Assembly: GCA_963665665.1 (NCBI GenBank)
Contig: OY762428.1
Location: forward strand, 1,824,001-1,888,000
Direction of reading: 5' to 3'
From: Candidatus Kapaibacterium sp.
GTDB taxonomy: Bacteria; Bacteroidota; Ignavibacteria; Kapaibacteriales; UBA2268
Length of the DNA stretch: 64,000 bases
Position 1 is the stretch's first letter. Every line of letters starts with the position of its first letter. The notes beneath the pieces were generated by a model. The model saw nothing but the letters and a program-made list of their open reading frames with translations, made no database searches and was not told where the DNA came from. Both the position numbers and the translations under genes were made by a program. Shown in pieces: positions 27,982 to 38,644 of this stretch.

Positions 27982-30471
27982 TTAATAACCGAAATCTACC
28001 ACTTCAGTATCGCCATTTCCGCTGTTACGTTTGCTATCATTGTAATCGTTAAACCTGTAAGTAAGAGTAAGATTTACAACCGGTGATTCTCTTTCAAAGA
28101 TATTGTGGCTGTACATGTATTCTGTCATGTGAGTGTTTTCATGCTTAAAAGATCCGATCAGGCCTCTTGAATTTAAGCTGATAGACAATTTCCTATTGAA
28201 AAGATCCTGGTTAATTGCAGCACCCATCATGAAAAATCCTTTCCGCTCACCCTGAGACGTGATACTCGGGCCACGATAAAATCCGTTTATCTGGAATTTT
28301 GTACCGGTGCTCATAAGCATATATGTTGCCATGAAGCGGGCATCCCAGACTTCCGTGGATGTTTCAACATCACTTTCCACTATATCGCCTTCAATTTCAT
28401 AATGGTAGAAATTACCGGAAAGATTAAGGTTCAGCATTTTCATCGGCATATAATTAATCATAGCTTCAGCACCTATCGAGCGATCCTCGTTCAGGTTTTC
28501 TGAAGTAAAGACAACAACTTCGTCTTCTCTGACATTAGCTACTCTGTCAATTTTATTTTTTGTATGCCTGTAATATCCTTCAAGGGATATGAACGATCCG
28601 TTGAAGTTTTTCTGAATACCCAGCTCATAAGAATCTGTATATTCAGGCTCCAGGTCGGGATTACCCTGGCGGACAGTATATTGATCCATGTACATCAGGA
28701 ATGGTTCAAGGTCGTGTCCGCGGGGACGTCTGATCCTTCGGCTGTAACCGCCGAGAGCCTGCAGGCCGTCACCCATATCAAACGACATGTGAAGAGTCGG
28801 GAAGAAATCCACCCTGTCAATTTTATATTCTTCATTAGTCTCGGTCAGGTCCATTAGCCTGTAGGTATATTCCCCGCGAAGCCCGAGCTGATAGCCAAGG
28901 TTACCGAACATGGAACCCCACATAGCATATAAGGAGTGAATATTCCTGGTAAAATCCATATAATTAGAAAAAGCATCGCTTTTTACCCAATCACTAACAT
29001 CCGAATCCCATTCGGAGAAGATATAATCTTCCTGATCGTGATCAAGCCTGGCCTGGTATCCGGCTTCAAATTTTGAATCCTCATCAACGGGATAAACATA
29101 GTCAGCTTTCAGCCTTATATCTCTGGTTTCCTCATCTTCGGTTGACCTGATCATCTCAGGGTTATCATCAGAAATTATAAAATTCTGATCTGTAATATAA
29201 TTGATCTGGTCGTCGCCATCACTGGCATCCCTCATAGACAGATAGCCGGTGATATTGATCTGATGGCCCAAATCATCGAATTTGTGAAGGAGATCAAAAT
29301 TTCCCGAAACATAATCTCTTGTTCTTGTTCCTATAGCTTTGCTCAGCTCGTATTCATGTTCTGTCTCAACAGAGGGAGAAGACCATACCTCAAGCCTGTT
29401 CCGGCGAATTCTTTCAAAATCGTGAGAGCCGGTGCTCATTTCAAGGGTCATGTTAGTCATATCACTGATATCGAATCCGACACCGCCTTTTACAGACCAT
29501 GATTTTCTGTTATGGCCTCCATCCATGTCCGCATCCTGATAATTAGTAGTATCTGTCAGGAATGTTTCACGATAAACCAGTCCTTCGCCGTGATATCTGT
29601 CGTCACGCCAGTCGCCGCCGATAAAGGCATTCCATGATTTTGCCCTGTAATTGAATACCCCGTCAACACCGTATTTATCCCTTGTTCCGATTTTTACGTT
29701 TGCAATTCCGTTTACGCCGGCCTCGAAATCATCTTTCAGAACAACGTTGATAATACCAGCCATTCCGTCAGGATCATACTTGGCTGAAGGATTTGTGATA
29801 AGTTCAATATTATTTATCATTTCCGACGGAATCTGCTCCAGGCCGTCAGTACCCTGAATAGGGCTGGGCCTGCCGTTAACAAAAAGGGTAAAGTTCTCGC
29901 TGCCCCTAAGCGATACATTACCATCAACATCAACAGTCACAGAAGGAACGTTCTCGAGTGCCTGTACTGCTGTTCCTCCCTTTGCCGAAATATCATTAGC
30001 AACGTTAACGATTTTCCTGTCCATCTTAAATTCAATTCTTTCACGCTCGGCTGTTACTTCAACTCCCTGGGATTGCTCCGCTGACTGATTAAGTTTAACC
30101 TGCCCCATATCAACAACTTTGTTTTTGGGAGTTACCATGATATTCTGAACAATTTTCCTCTTGAAGCCAATAAATTTAATATCAATATAAAATTTTCCGT
30201 AAGGAACTTTTTCAAGTTTGAAATTACCCTGCTGATCAGCAATTCCGCCTGTTACCTGGCTTGAATCCCTCATGCTGTACAAAATTACAGTTGCAGAGGG
30301 TAATGGCGAGGATGTTTTACCGTCAATAATCTGACCTGTAATTATACCATTAGCGTTCATTTGCCTGTTTCCCATTCCGCTGCCACGCTGTCCGTAAGCC
30401 GTTGTTAACGAGGCAATAATAATCATAAATACCGCAATGTACCTGCTCATTGTTTCTCCGTTATAATACAT
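27982..30471 (-). CDS. TonB-dependent receptor / outer-membrane beta-barrel family protein
   Basis: Carboxypeptidase-regulatory-like N-domain; plug (LENVPSVTVDVDGNVSLRG; IELITNPSAKYDPDG.AGIINVVLK); GNPDLEPEYT. Confidence 0.93.
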   Translation of the reverse strand: MYYNGETMSRYIAVFMIIIASLTTAYGQRGSGMGNRQMNANGIITGQIIDGKTSSPLPSATVILYSMRDSSQVTGGIADQQGNFKLEKVPYGKFYIDIKFIGFKRKIVQNIMVTPKNKVVDMGQVKLNQSAEQSQGVEVTAERERIEFKMDRKIVNVANDISAKGGTAVQALENVPSVTVDVDGNVSLRGSENFTLFVNGRPSPIQGTDGLEQIPSEMINNIELITNPSAKYDPDGMAGIINVVLKDDFEAGVNGIANVKIGTRDKYGVDGVFNYRAKSWNAFIGGDWRDDRYHGEGLVYRETFLTDTTNYQDADMDGGHNRKSWSVKGGVGFDISDMTNMTLEMSTGSHDFERIRRNRLEVWSSPSVETEHEYELSKAIGTRTRDYVSGNFDLLHKFDDLGHQINITGYLSMRDASDGDDQINYITDQNFIISDDNPEMIRSTEDEETRDIRLKADYVYPVDEDSKFEAGYQARLDHDQEDYIFSEWDSDVSDWVKSDAFSNYMDFTRNIHSLYAMWGSMFGNLGYQLGLRGEYTYRLMDLTETNEEYKIDRVDFFPTLHMSFDMGDGLQALGGYSRRIRRPRGHDLEPFLMYMDQYTVRQGNPDLEPEYTDSYELGIQKNFNGSFISLEGYYRHTKNKIDRVANVREDEVVVFTSENLNEDRSIGAEAMINYMPMKMLNLNLSGNFYHYEIEGDIVESDVETSTEVWDARFMATYMLMSTGTKFQINGFYRGPSITSQGERKGFFMMGAAINQDLFNRKLSISLNSRGLIGSFKHENTHMTEYMYSHNIFERESPVVNLTLTYRFNDYNDSKRNSGNGDTEVVDFGY

Positions 30472-30600
30472 TTATCCAACAACATACTATTTGACACTCT
30501 GCCAGATAAAAAGTTTATTTATTAAATCCAAGGTAACGAAATATTAAAAATTATATTATCGAGATGTAATATAGTATTACCCGCAAATATCAAAAATACT

Positions 30601-30628
30601 AAAAAAGCCCCTGACAAAAGGGGCTTTT
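30601..30628 (-). terminator. Rho-independent terminator of ffh-rpsP
   Basis: AAAAGCCCCT...AGGGGCTTTT. Confidence 0.8.
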
Positions 30629-30648
30629 CATGAAATATTTCGATGAAT

Positions 30649-31074
30649 TTATTCTGCTTTTGCAGCTTCTTCTTCAGCTTTCTTTGCTTCTTCTTCGGCT
30701 TTTTTCTTAGCTTCGGCTCTATCTTTGCGTTTTTGTTTCAGCCTGTAATACCTTTCAAGAGCATTTTTCTTATGTGCTTCAACAGCTTCGTCAATTTCTG
30801 CAGCAGGTTTGTTCTTGAATTCAAGAGCACGGCGGAGCATAACGCCTTCCTGTTTTAGGATTCTGCCAACGATCTCCGAAGGCTGAGCACCAACGTTAAG
30901 CCAATAGATTGCTCTTTCAGGCTCGATAGTAACAGTATTCGGGTTTGTGTTAGGATCGTAAAATCCGATTCTTTCGATAAAAGCGCCGTCGCGGCGTTTA
31001 CGTTTGTCAATTGCTACGATATCATATACCGCGTGGTGAATTCTTCCTTTTCTTCTTAACCTAAGTCTTACCAT
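30649..31074 (-). CDS. rpsP: 30S ribosomal protein S16 with Ala/Glu/Lys-rich C-terminal extension
   Basis: MVRLRLRR.G....Y.IVA.D.R..RDG.FIE.IG.Y.P and WL.VGAQPS. Confidence 0.97.
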   Translation of the reverse strand: MVRLRLRRKGRIHHAVYDIVAIDKRKRRDGAFIERIGFYDPNTNPNTVTIEPERAIYWLNVGAQPSEIVGRILKQEGVMLRRALEFKNKPAAEIDEAVEAHKKNALERYYRLKQKRKDRAEAKKKAEEEAKKAEEEAAKAE

Positions 31075-31120
31075 TGTAGTAACCTTGATTTTAATTTAAA
31101 AATTTCAGTAATTTATAAAA

Positions 31121-32458
31121 TCAGAAACCGAAACCTTTTGGAAGGCCGAACCCCTTCATAAAACGGGATTTTTTGCCCTTGGTAAGGTTTTTCATCATTT
31201 TATTCATTTCATCAAACTGCTTCAGAAGTCGGTTAACATCCTGAATTTGAGTTCCGCTTCCTTTGGCAATTCTTTTCCTGCGCGAACCATTAATAATTTT
31301 CGGCTTGGCTCTTTCGGCTTTTGTCATTGAATGTATAATAGCTTCAACGCGGTTGAAAGCTTTATCGTCAACCTGAACGTTTCTTAGAGCTTTATCCATA
31401 CCCGGGATCATACCAAGCAGATCTCTTACAGAACCCATTTTCTTGATAGTTTTCAGCTGGTCAAGGAAATCGTCGAAAGTAAACTGGTTCTTGCGGATTT
31501 TTTCTTCAATCTTTTCTGCTTCTTTTTTGTCTATCTGTGCTTCAGCCTTTTCCACGAGTGTCAGAACGTCACCCATACCAAGGATACGGGAGGCAATCCT
31601 TTCCGGGTGGAATGGCTCAAGTGCATCAACCTTTTCACCGACACCGACATATTTAATCGGCTGGCCGACAACATTAAGAACAGACAACGCGGCACCGCCC
31701 CTGGTATCACCGTCAAGTTTAGTAAGTACGATACCTGTCAGGCTGAGTTTTTCATGAAAGGCTTTGGCTGTGGTAACAGCATCCTGGCCGATCATGGCGT
31801 CGCAAACGAAAAGTGTTTCCGTGGGATTGATGGAAGTTGATATATTTTCCACTTCGTTCATCATCATTTCATCGATAGTCAGTCGTCCGGCAGTATCGAC
31901 GATAACAACGTCACGGGCAAATTTCTTTGCGTAGGACAGGGCTTCTTTTGCTATTTCTACAGCATCGCGGTTTTCTGTGTTGTAAACCGGGATTTTTATG
32001 GACTGGCCAAGTTGTTTCAACTGGTCGATAGCAGCAGGCCTGTGAACGTCGCAGGGAACGAGCAGAGGCTGACGGCCTTTCTTGCGCAGATTCCTGGCAA
32101 GTTTGGCGCAGAATGTAGTTTTACCGGAACCCTGAAGGCCGGCGACAAGAACAACTGTAGGCGGCTGAGGCGAAAATTTTATCTCGCTCATCTTGCTGCC
32201 CATAAGTTCCACGAGTTCCTCGTGAACTATTTTAACAATCAGCTGTTCAGGAAGCAATTTACCACGGACTTCCTGCCCGACTGCTTTGGCTTTAACATCT
32301 TCAACAAATTTCCTGGCAACATGCAGGTTAACGTCAGCTTCAAGCAGTGCCCGCCTGATCTCGCGCATAGCCTCGGAAATATTTTCCTCGGAAATTGTCG
32401 ATTGTCCTCTGAAGCGCTTTAACGCGCCTTCTAATTTCTCTTGTAGGTTCTCAAACAT
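31121..32458 (-). CDS. ffh: Signal recognition particle protein Ffh
   Basis: GLQGSGKTT, DTAGRL and TKLDGDTRGGAALS motifs; M domain. Confidence 0.98.
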   Translation of the reverse strand: MFENLQEKLEGALKRFRGQSTISEENISEAMREIRRALLEADVNLHVARKFVEDVKAKAVGQEVRGKLLPEQLIVKIVHEELVELMGSKMSEIKFSPQPPTVVLVAGLQGSGKTTFCAKLARNLRKKGRQPLLVPCDVHRPAAIDQLKQLGQSIKIPVYNTENRDAVEIAKEALSYAKKFARDVVIVDTAGRLTIDEMMMNEVENISTSINPTETLFVCDAMIGQDAVTTAKAFHEKLSLTGIVLTKLDGDTRGGAALSVLNVVGQPIKYVGVGEKVDALEPFHPERIASRILGMGDVLTLVEKAEAQIDKKEAEKIEEKIRKNQFTFDDFLDQLKTIKKMGSVRDLLGMIPGMDKALRNVQVDDKAFNRVEAIIHSMTKAERAKPKIINGSRRKRIAKGSGTQIQDVNRLLKQFDEMNKMMKNLTKGKKSRFMKGFGLPKGFGF

Positions 32459-32677
32459 AATCCATCAACTACATAATTTTTCAGAACTACAAAGATATAT
32501 GTTTTAGTTGTTTTATGCAAAGGATTTATCAAAAAATTGAAAATAAATGGAATTTTGATCCCATTAAGGATAAATATCAGGATTACTCTGCCCTGAATAA
32601 AAGTCTCTTTGCAGTTACAGGGCAAAATCTTAATGAATTTGAAGGTTTACATACAGGATGCAAATTATATACACAGC

Positions 32678-33622
32678 TTACATTTCTGTTAAAACTGTTA
32701 TTAGAAGCAGATAGAAATAGATTGCAGGTGCAGTAAACAAAATACTGTCAAAACGGTCGAGTATTCCGCCGTGGCCCGGAAGTAATGAACTGCTGTCCTT
32801 AACTCCTGCATCTCTCTTCAGCATGGATTCTGCCAAATCACCAACCTGGCCAAATGAACCTGCTATTGCTCCGCAAATAACCGAGTGGATTATTGGCATA
32901 TCCGGAACTAGGAAATAGGTAACAGCAGTAAAACCGATAATTCCTCCGAAAAAACCGCCAATTGCACCTTCCCATGTTTTTTTAGGGCTGACACTTGGAA
33001 AAAGTTTATGCCTGCCAATTGCCCTGCCTGTAAAATAAGCTGCACTGTCGCAAACCCATACAGATACAAACATGGCAAGAATCAACCATGCTGCCTGAGT
33101 GTTTCTTGAAATAGCGTCGCCGCTTAGGAAATTAAAATCTGACAGGCCGTTTTCAAGCAGGATAGGAGATAAGGAATTGATCTCCCGAAGGCCTGTTAAA
33201 GTCAGCATCAGCAGTGATATATATATTACCCCGCTCAATGTTGTTGAAAAACCATGCATAGATTCGGCTTTACGACTGAACATCTGGGACAGCAAAGTAA
33301 TCAGCGAGAAAACGATAAATGTCATCAGTATCAACGTTACTGATATCCAGGGGTAGGAAGAAGAATAAAATTCGAAGAAAGAATACTGGATAATTGCCCC
33401 GGCAAATATCCCAATAATTTTATCAGGCCTGGAGCCTTTTTTTTCGGCCATGCTGTAATATTCCCACAATGCCATTGAAGAAAGCAGCATTACAGCAATT
33501 AAAAAAATATATCCGCCGGCATATATAATTGCGATAGCAGCCGGTATTCCTATAACTGCTACAATAATTCTTTTCCAGAGTTCACTCAATTTTTTACCTG
33601 TCATTTCATGTTTAACTACCAA
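32678..33622 (-). CDS. cdsA: Phosphatidate cytidylyltransferase
   Basis: SPKKTWEG and GDLAES..KRDAGVKDS..LLPGHGGILDRFDS. Confidence 0.95.
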   Translation of the reverse strand: MVVKHEMTGKKLSELWKRIIVAVIGIPAAIAIIYAGGYIFLIAVMLLSSMALWEYYSMAEKKGSRPDKIIGIFAGAIIQYSFFEFYSSSYPWISVTLILMTFIVFSLITLLSQMFSRKAESMHGFSTTLSGVIYISLLMLTLTGLREINSLSPILLENGLSDFNFLSGDAISRNTQAAWLILAMFVSVWVCDSAAYFTGRAIGRHKLFPSVSPKKTWEGAIGGFFGGIIGFTAVTYFLVPDMPIIHSVICGAIAGSFGQVGDLAESMLKRDAGVKDSSSLLPGHGGILDRFDSILFTAPAIYFYLLLITVLTEM

Positions 33623-33803
33623 ACTGCAAGATTACGAAAAAGGCGGTAAATAATCAAAAATGAGTTAAAGTATGATTTTGGGTAATCATAATCTGCTTGC
33701 TATGATACTTATAATATCATCAAATAATTTAAAATCCCGGCTTTATTAATCAGCGGGCAGGCTTTCAGATTTTCAATCCTATCCTGTTTTTTCCAGTAAT
33801 TAT

Positions 33804-34550
33804 TTAAAACCTTACGCCAATACCAATCCTGAAAGAGAAATTATCAGTTCTTGAATTATACTTATCAAATTTTACTTCTCCATCATAATAATCTAACGAG
33901 CCGCTTTTAAGGTATTCTGCTTTCCCGCCAAATAAATACCTGGCGTTAACATCAAGATATAATCCTCCGGCTAAATCTTCCGGGCTGATAAGAGGAATCA
34001 TCACTCCTCCGCCAAGGCCAATATTAGACGCGAAATCATCAAGTTCCACGTTGGAGTCATCTTCAATTTCATCATCGTCAAAATCAAGGCTTGTATCAGT
34101 AAAAAGATAGTTAAACCCTGCAATAAACTCAATATAAGGCTGAAAAGAACTTGAAGGCGGCTGCATTCTGATAATAAGGTTTGCCGAGAGGAAATTATAC
34201 CATGTGGAAACATCAAGCCCGCTGCCGTAATACTGGTAAATTAGGGCATCGTTCCAGTCGTCAGAGCCAAAAGTTGAATATTTGAAATCAACGCCAACAT
34301 ACAGGTTGTCCGGTACAACAGCCCCCATAATATTTGCGCCAATGCCTATTGCCAGGTTATTACCTCCGGGTTCGTACTTAGCTCTCGGCGCAATAAAATC
34401 CAGGCCAAGCCCGATAATCATATAACTTTCATTTGCATCAACATGGCTTATTTCTACCTGATTTTTTTCTTCAGCCCGATGTTTCTGTGCGTGAGAACTA
34501 ATAGTAAACATGGTGAAAATTATGATAACAATTTGTATTCTTTTTTTCAT
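33804..34550 (-). CDS. Outer-membrane beta-barrel protein (OmpA-like 8-stranded)
   Basis: Signal peptide; alternating strands, QPYIEF.AG, terminal IGIGVRF. Confidence 0.75.
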   Translation of the reverse strand: MKKRIQIVIIIFTMFTISSHAQKHRAEEKNQVEISHVDANESYMIIGLGLDFIAPRAKYEPGGNNLAIGIGANIMGAVVPDNLYVGVDFKYSTFGSDDWNDALIYQYYGSGLDVSTWYNFLSANLIIRMQPPSSSFQPYIEFIAGFNYLFTDTSLDFDDDEIEDDSNVELDDFASNIGLGGGVMIPLISPEDLAGGLYLDVNARYLFGGKAEYLKSGSLDYYDGEVKFDKYNSRTDNFSFRIGIGVRF

Positions 34551-34821
34551 TTAATACTCCGTCTTTCATTTATCAACTCTTTACCAATATTACGAAATGT
34601 AATATCAGCAGTTTCAGATGCTATATATGATTTTATTTACTATCCTGATATAAAAATATAAAAACAAATTTGATTATCAATAAATAAAAGAATTATTCAA
34701 AACATCGGGATCCCAAAAAATGCAAATGTTAAATTGTTTTCATAAAAACTTAAAAAATCATGTAATTTTATCAAATAATTGTTTATATTGAAAAAAAATA
34801 CCCTTAGTATCGGAGGCTGAA

Positions 34822-37800
34822 ATGGAAAGATCTAAATATATACCTTTTATAATAGTAATGATAATTTCTTTTACGGGAGATATCTTCTGTCAAAAGGAAG
34901 CGGAAGTTGAGAATCAGTATAAAACCTGGTTCTGGAAAAGTTCGCTTACACCGGAAGAATACATGCATGAATTCCGTTATGTTCAGGATAATATTCCTGA
35001 ATTCAGCCATAAACCCGGAACCGATGCCATGCAATCAGTCGGCAAATGGTATCCTGCCGGGCCTGTGCATGTTAAAAATCCAAATAACAGCAAAATTGTA
35101 TATCACGGCAGGATAAGATGTACAAAGTGGCATTATACCCAGGAGGATGGCTGGGAACTATATCTTGGAAGCAGTAGCGGCGGCCTGTGGTATGGAAATA
35201 CTGTTCTGCTGATACGTAACTGGCAGCAAATAGGGGAAAACCTTCCCAATCCTTCGGTTTCCGCAATTGAAATGAGAAATAACAACAAAGACATGATATT
35301 TGTAGGAACCGGTGACTGGGGGCGATTCTCCGGGGCAGGCCTGTTCAGAACAACCGACAGAGGCAAGACATGGAATAATATTCCTTTGCATGATGAAAAT
35401 GGAAATGAAGTAATCCCTGATGCAATAACCGATTTGTTTTATGTTCCGGGTACTGTGATGAAGGATATGTACCTTTCGTCAACATCCGGATTCTTCAAAT
35501 CAACTGATGGCGGCACAAGCTGGCGCAGAAAAGAGATCAAACCCGGCAGCCCGGGGCAGGCAATCTTCGATATGGTTTCCCACCCCACCGACGGACAAAT
35601 TGTTTATACAGCTTTGCCTAAGAACGGTATTTATAAATCAACTGACGGTGGCGAAAACTGGAATAAAAGCTATATTGGAATGATGCTCCATAGTGAAAAC
35701 AGCGGTTCAACACTTGCTTTGGCTATTAGCAAATCCAAGCCCGACAAACTTTACGCAGCAGTGCCGAATAAAGACAACAGCGGAGCAGGAATTTATAAAT
35801 CAACTAACGCAGGCGGCAGCTGGCAATATATGTCTTCACCGCAATATATGTACAACGGCCAGGGTTTTCATACAAATGTAATCTCTGTTGATCCCGAGAA
35901 CTCCAACATTGTATATGCCGGTTCTGTGGGCTCGATCAGGACTACCGACGGCGGAGCAAACTGGAGCACTTTTGATGCCGGCCATTGCGACCTTACTTCT
36001 TTCGACTACAACCCCGACAATCCCGCCACTGTAATCGTAGGCAGCGACGGCGGTATTTACCGTTACAACCGCAATGATGACGAAACATTGAATTTTAATG
36101 AATTCTTTTCCCCAAATGCTCCGATACAGGCTTATGAAATGGACGCAGTTAATGCCGAACCGGCATTCCTTGTGGCAGGAACCCAGGATAACGGAACCAT
36201 GCTTACTCTTAACGGTAGTTCCCGAAGTGATTGGGAAACTATAAGCGGATGCGACGGTGGGGACAATGTGAATATCAATCCTGATAATCCGAATATTCTT
36301 TATTATAATTCATGGTGCGGTGAGGATAACCCCAGATTCTATTCTAACGATAAAGGCACAAACGTTACTAATATTTCAAACGGACTGGGTGAACTTTATT
36401 ATACACCTATAAGGATCAATGAAGCTAACCCGAACTATGTTTTTACTGTTGATGGTTCTAATCTCTACTACACAACAAACCACGGGACTACTTGGAAAAG
36501 AGCCACCACTGCCGGGAAAGATTTTGCTTCAACAGAAAGGCAAAGAGCAATAGCCGTCAGCAGGTCTCCTTCAGGCCAGGAAGTAATCGTTTATGTCATT
36601 TTCTGGTATAGCAGCGACGATCCTTCTGATTGTGAAAAAGTTAAAATATTTAAGGGTCAGCCCGGCTCGATGACGAGCAGTGATGCACAGTTTACACTGG
36701 GTTACCGTCCGCACAGAGTTATAGCAGACAGGATAGAAAGGCAGAAAGTATATGTAATCGGCGGCCTGAGCCCGTACAGAATCCAGATGAGCACCAATAG
36801 CGGACAGACCTGGCGGGATATTTCAGGTAATCTCCCGGTTGTTCGAAGATATGATATTGAACGCGGCAGAAATAGTGCCAATGAACTATACGTGGGAACT
36901 GATCTCGGAGTATTTAAAACAACCGACGGTGGCACAAACTGGTACAAATTCCAGAGGGGGCTGCCTACGGTTCCGGTTATGGCCATGTCCTACCTGAACG
37001 GCTCACATTCGGACACTCTGAAAATAGCAACCTTCGGGCAGGGCTTCTGGTACAGGCAGCTCGGTATTGACGATCCTGAATTTGAACTCAGTGAGTACAG
37101 TTTCGGACTTAATAAAATATCTACAGTTTATAACATGCTCTCAAAAACTTATCAATTGATAATTGCCGGCGGTAAAGGAAAAATGCTTTATTCCGATGAT
37201 ATTTGCGAAACAATTTCTGAATCAGTCAATGAAGAAACATCATATTATTCCTGTCAGTTGATTCCTAACGGATTCAGCCCTGCCAAAACAGCCATTCTTT
37301 CAGGTAAATCAGGAGCAATTGCAAGAACAACAAATCTTGGCAAAAGCTGGACAGCTGTTAATTCCAATGCTACCGGCGATATTTATGATATGGCTTATTA
37401 TGATGCTACATGCTATGCGGCCAGCTACTACGGAGAATTTTTAAAATCAACTAACGAGGGAGCCGGCTGGGTAAAAACCTTCCATGATAGTGATTTCAGG
37501 ATAAAAGATATTTTTGTTCGTGCTGAAATATTCCTTGCCGGAGGAACAGCTAAAACAAATTCCTGGCATCCGGCATTGAAATATAGTTCAAATAAGGGTA
37601 TAAGCTGGATTGATGCATCTCTTCCGGAACCGATAAAAAGCGGCTGGGGCAGAGTAAATTCAATTATCCAACCGGCAATCGGTACATATTATGCTTTCGG
37701 GGAATTTGCTCCCTCCGGTAGCAGCACATTCAAAGGCTTTATGCTTAAAAGTATAAATAACGGGGAATCCTGGACGATTGTAAATACTAATATTGCCGAC

Positions 37801-38295
37801 AGGGTGTATTCATCTGTATTTATTGATAAATATAACGGGTTTGTCTGCGGTATTGACGGTTTTGTTGCACAAACATCAAATTCAGGCCAGACATGGAAAA
37901 AACTAAACTCCGGTACTGACAATAACCTAAATTATACACTTTACCTGGACGGCACATTGCTTATAGCCGGGGATAACGTTCTTCTCAGAAAATATTTTGG
38001 AATAACATCGGCAGAAAAATATGAGGCTAATTCTGAATCATTGCTGGAACAGAATAGTCCCAACCCTGTTAAAAACGAAACAATGATTAAATACACGCTC
38101 GTCAATTCCGGAAAAGTCCGGCTTGAACTTGCCAGTTTAAACGGAGTTAAAGTAAAAACACTTTTCACAGGTTACCAGGCCGCCGGCAGGTACGAGATCA
38201 ATATCGATATGGCAGGGTTGCCTGCGGGGATATATTTCTATTCATTGTCTACAGCTTCAGGATATTGCCGGAGGCAATTAGTTTACATTCCATGA
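34822..38295 (+). CDS. T9SS-secreted BNR/Asp-box (Vps10/Ycf48-like) beta-propeller protein
   Basis: Many S/T-T-D/N-GG-x-T/S-W Asp-box repeats, GTQDNGT, and C-terminal LEQNSPNP...L.AGIYFYSL CTD. Confidence 0.9.
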   Translation: MERSKYIPFIIVMIISFTGDIFCQKEAEVENQYKTWFWKSSLTPEEYMHEFRYVQDNIPEFSHKPGTDAMQSVGKWYPAGPVHVKNPNNSKIVYHGRIRCTKWHYTQEDGWELYLGSSSGGLWYGNTVLLIRNWQQIGENLPNPSVSAIEMRNNNKDMIFVGTGDWGRFSGAGLFRTTDRGKTWNNIPLHDENGNEVIPDAITDLFYVPGTVMKDMYLSSTSGFFKSTDGGTSWRRKEIKPGSPGQAIFDMVSHPTDGQIVYTALPKNGIYKSTDGGENWNKSYIGMMLHSENSGSTLALAISKSKPDKLYAAVPNKDNSGAGIYKSTNAGGSWQYMSSPQYMYNGQGFHTNVISVDPENSNIVYAGSVGSIRTTDGGANWSTFDAGHCDLTSFDYNPDNPATVIVGSDGGIYRYNRNDDETLNFNEFFSPNAPIQAYEMDAVNAEPAFLVAGTQDNGTMLTLNGSSRSDWETISGCDGGDNVNINPDNPNILYYNSWCGEDNPRFYSNDKGTNVTNISNGLGELYYTPIRINEANPNYVFTVDGSNLYYTTNHGTTWKRATTAGKDFASTERQRAIAVSRSPSGQEVIVYVIFWYSSDDPSDCEKVKIFKGQPGSMTSSDAQFTLGYRPHRVIADRIERQKVYVIGGLSPYRIQMSTNSGQTWRDISGNLPVVRRYDIERGRNSANELYVGTDLGVFKTTDGGTNWYKFQRGLPTVPVMAMSYLNGSHSDTLKIATFGQGFWYRQLGIDDPEFELSEYSFGLNKISTVYNMLSKTYQLIIAGGKGKMLYSDDICETISESVNEETSYYSCQLIPNGFSPAKTAILSGKSGAIARTTNLGKSWTAVNSNATGDIYDMAYYDATCYAASYYGEFLKSTNEGAGWVKTFHDSDFRIKDIFVRAEIFLAGGTAKTNSWHPALKYSSNKGISWIDASLPEPIKSGWGRVNSIIQPAIGTYYAFGEFAPSGSSTFKGFMLKSINNGESWTIVNTNIADRVYSSVFIDKYNGFVCGIDGFVAQTSNSGQTWKKLNSGTDNNLNYTLYLDGTLLIAGDNVLLRKYFGITSAEKYEANSESLLEQNSPNPVKNETMIKYTLVNSGKVRLELASLNGVKVKTLFTGYQAAGRYEINIDMAGLPAGIYFYSLSTASGYCRRQLVYIP

Positions 38296-38386
38296 TAATT
38301 TTAATATCTTTGTTGTTTGAATTTAACTTAATATGATAGTTTCTCTTTTGTAAAAAGTTTTAAGTCAAAAATTTAAATGAAAGCAA

Positions 38387-38644
38387 ATGAAATATTCAAA
38401 ACTTAAACTTATTGATATCAATATTGATAGTACTGAAGCAGTATGCGATTCCGGTAGCGGCGCGTCCGGCGATGGATGTATTAATGGCCCCAGTGTTGGT
38501 GCTGCTTGTGGCAATGGCAGCAACCCCGGTATAGGGATATCCTGTTGGGACGGTTCAAGTGCCGGTTGGTGCGGTTATGGCAATGCTCCTAATACAGGAA
38601 CATCATCTCGTTGTGAAACAGGAACAGGCGTTGTTAATCCATAG
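38387..38644 (+). CDS. Cys/Gly-rich small peptide, putative RiPP precursor
   Basis: 85 aa; leader MKYSKLKLIDIN followed by six CxxG units; GC-richer than the flanking non-coding DNA. Confidence 0.7.
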   Translation: MKYSKLKLIDINIDSTEAVCDSGSGASGDGCINGPSVGAACGNGSNPGIGISCWDGSSAGWCGYGNAPNTGTSSRCETGTGVVNP

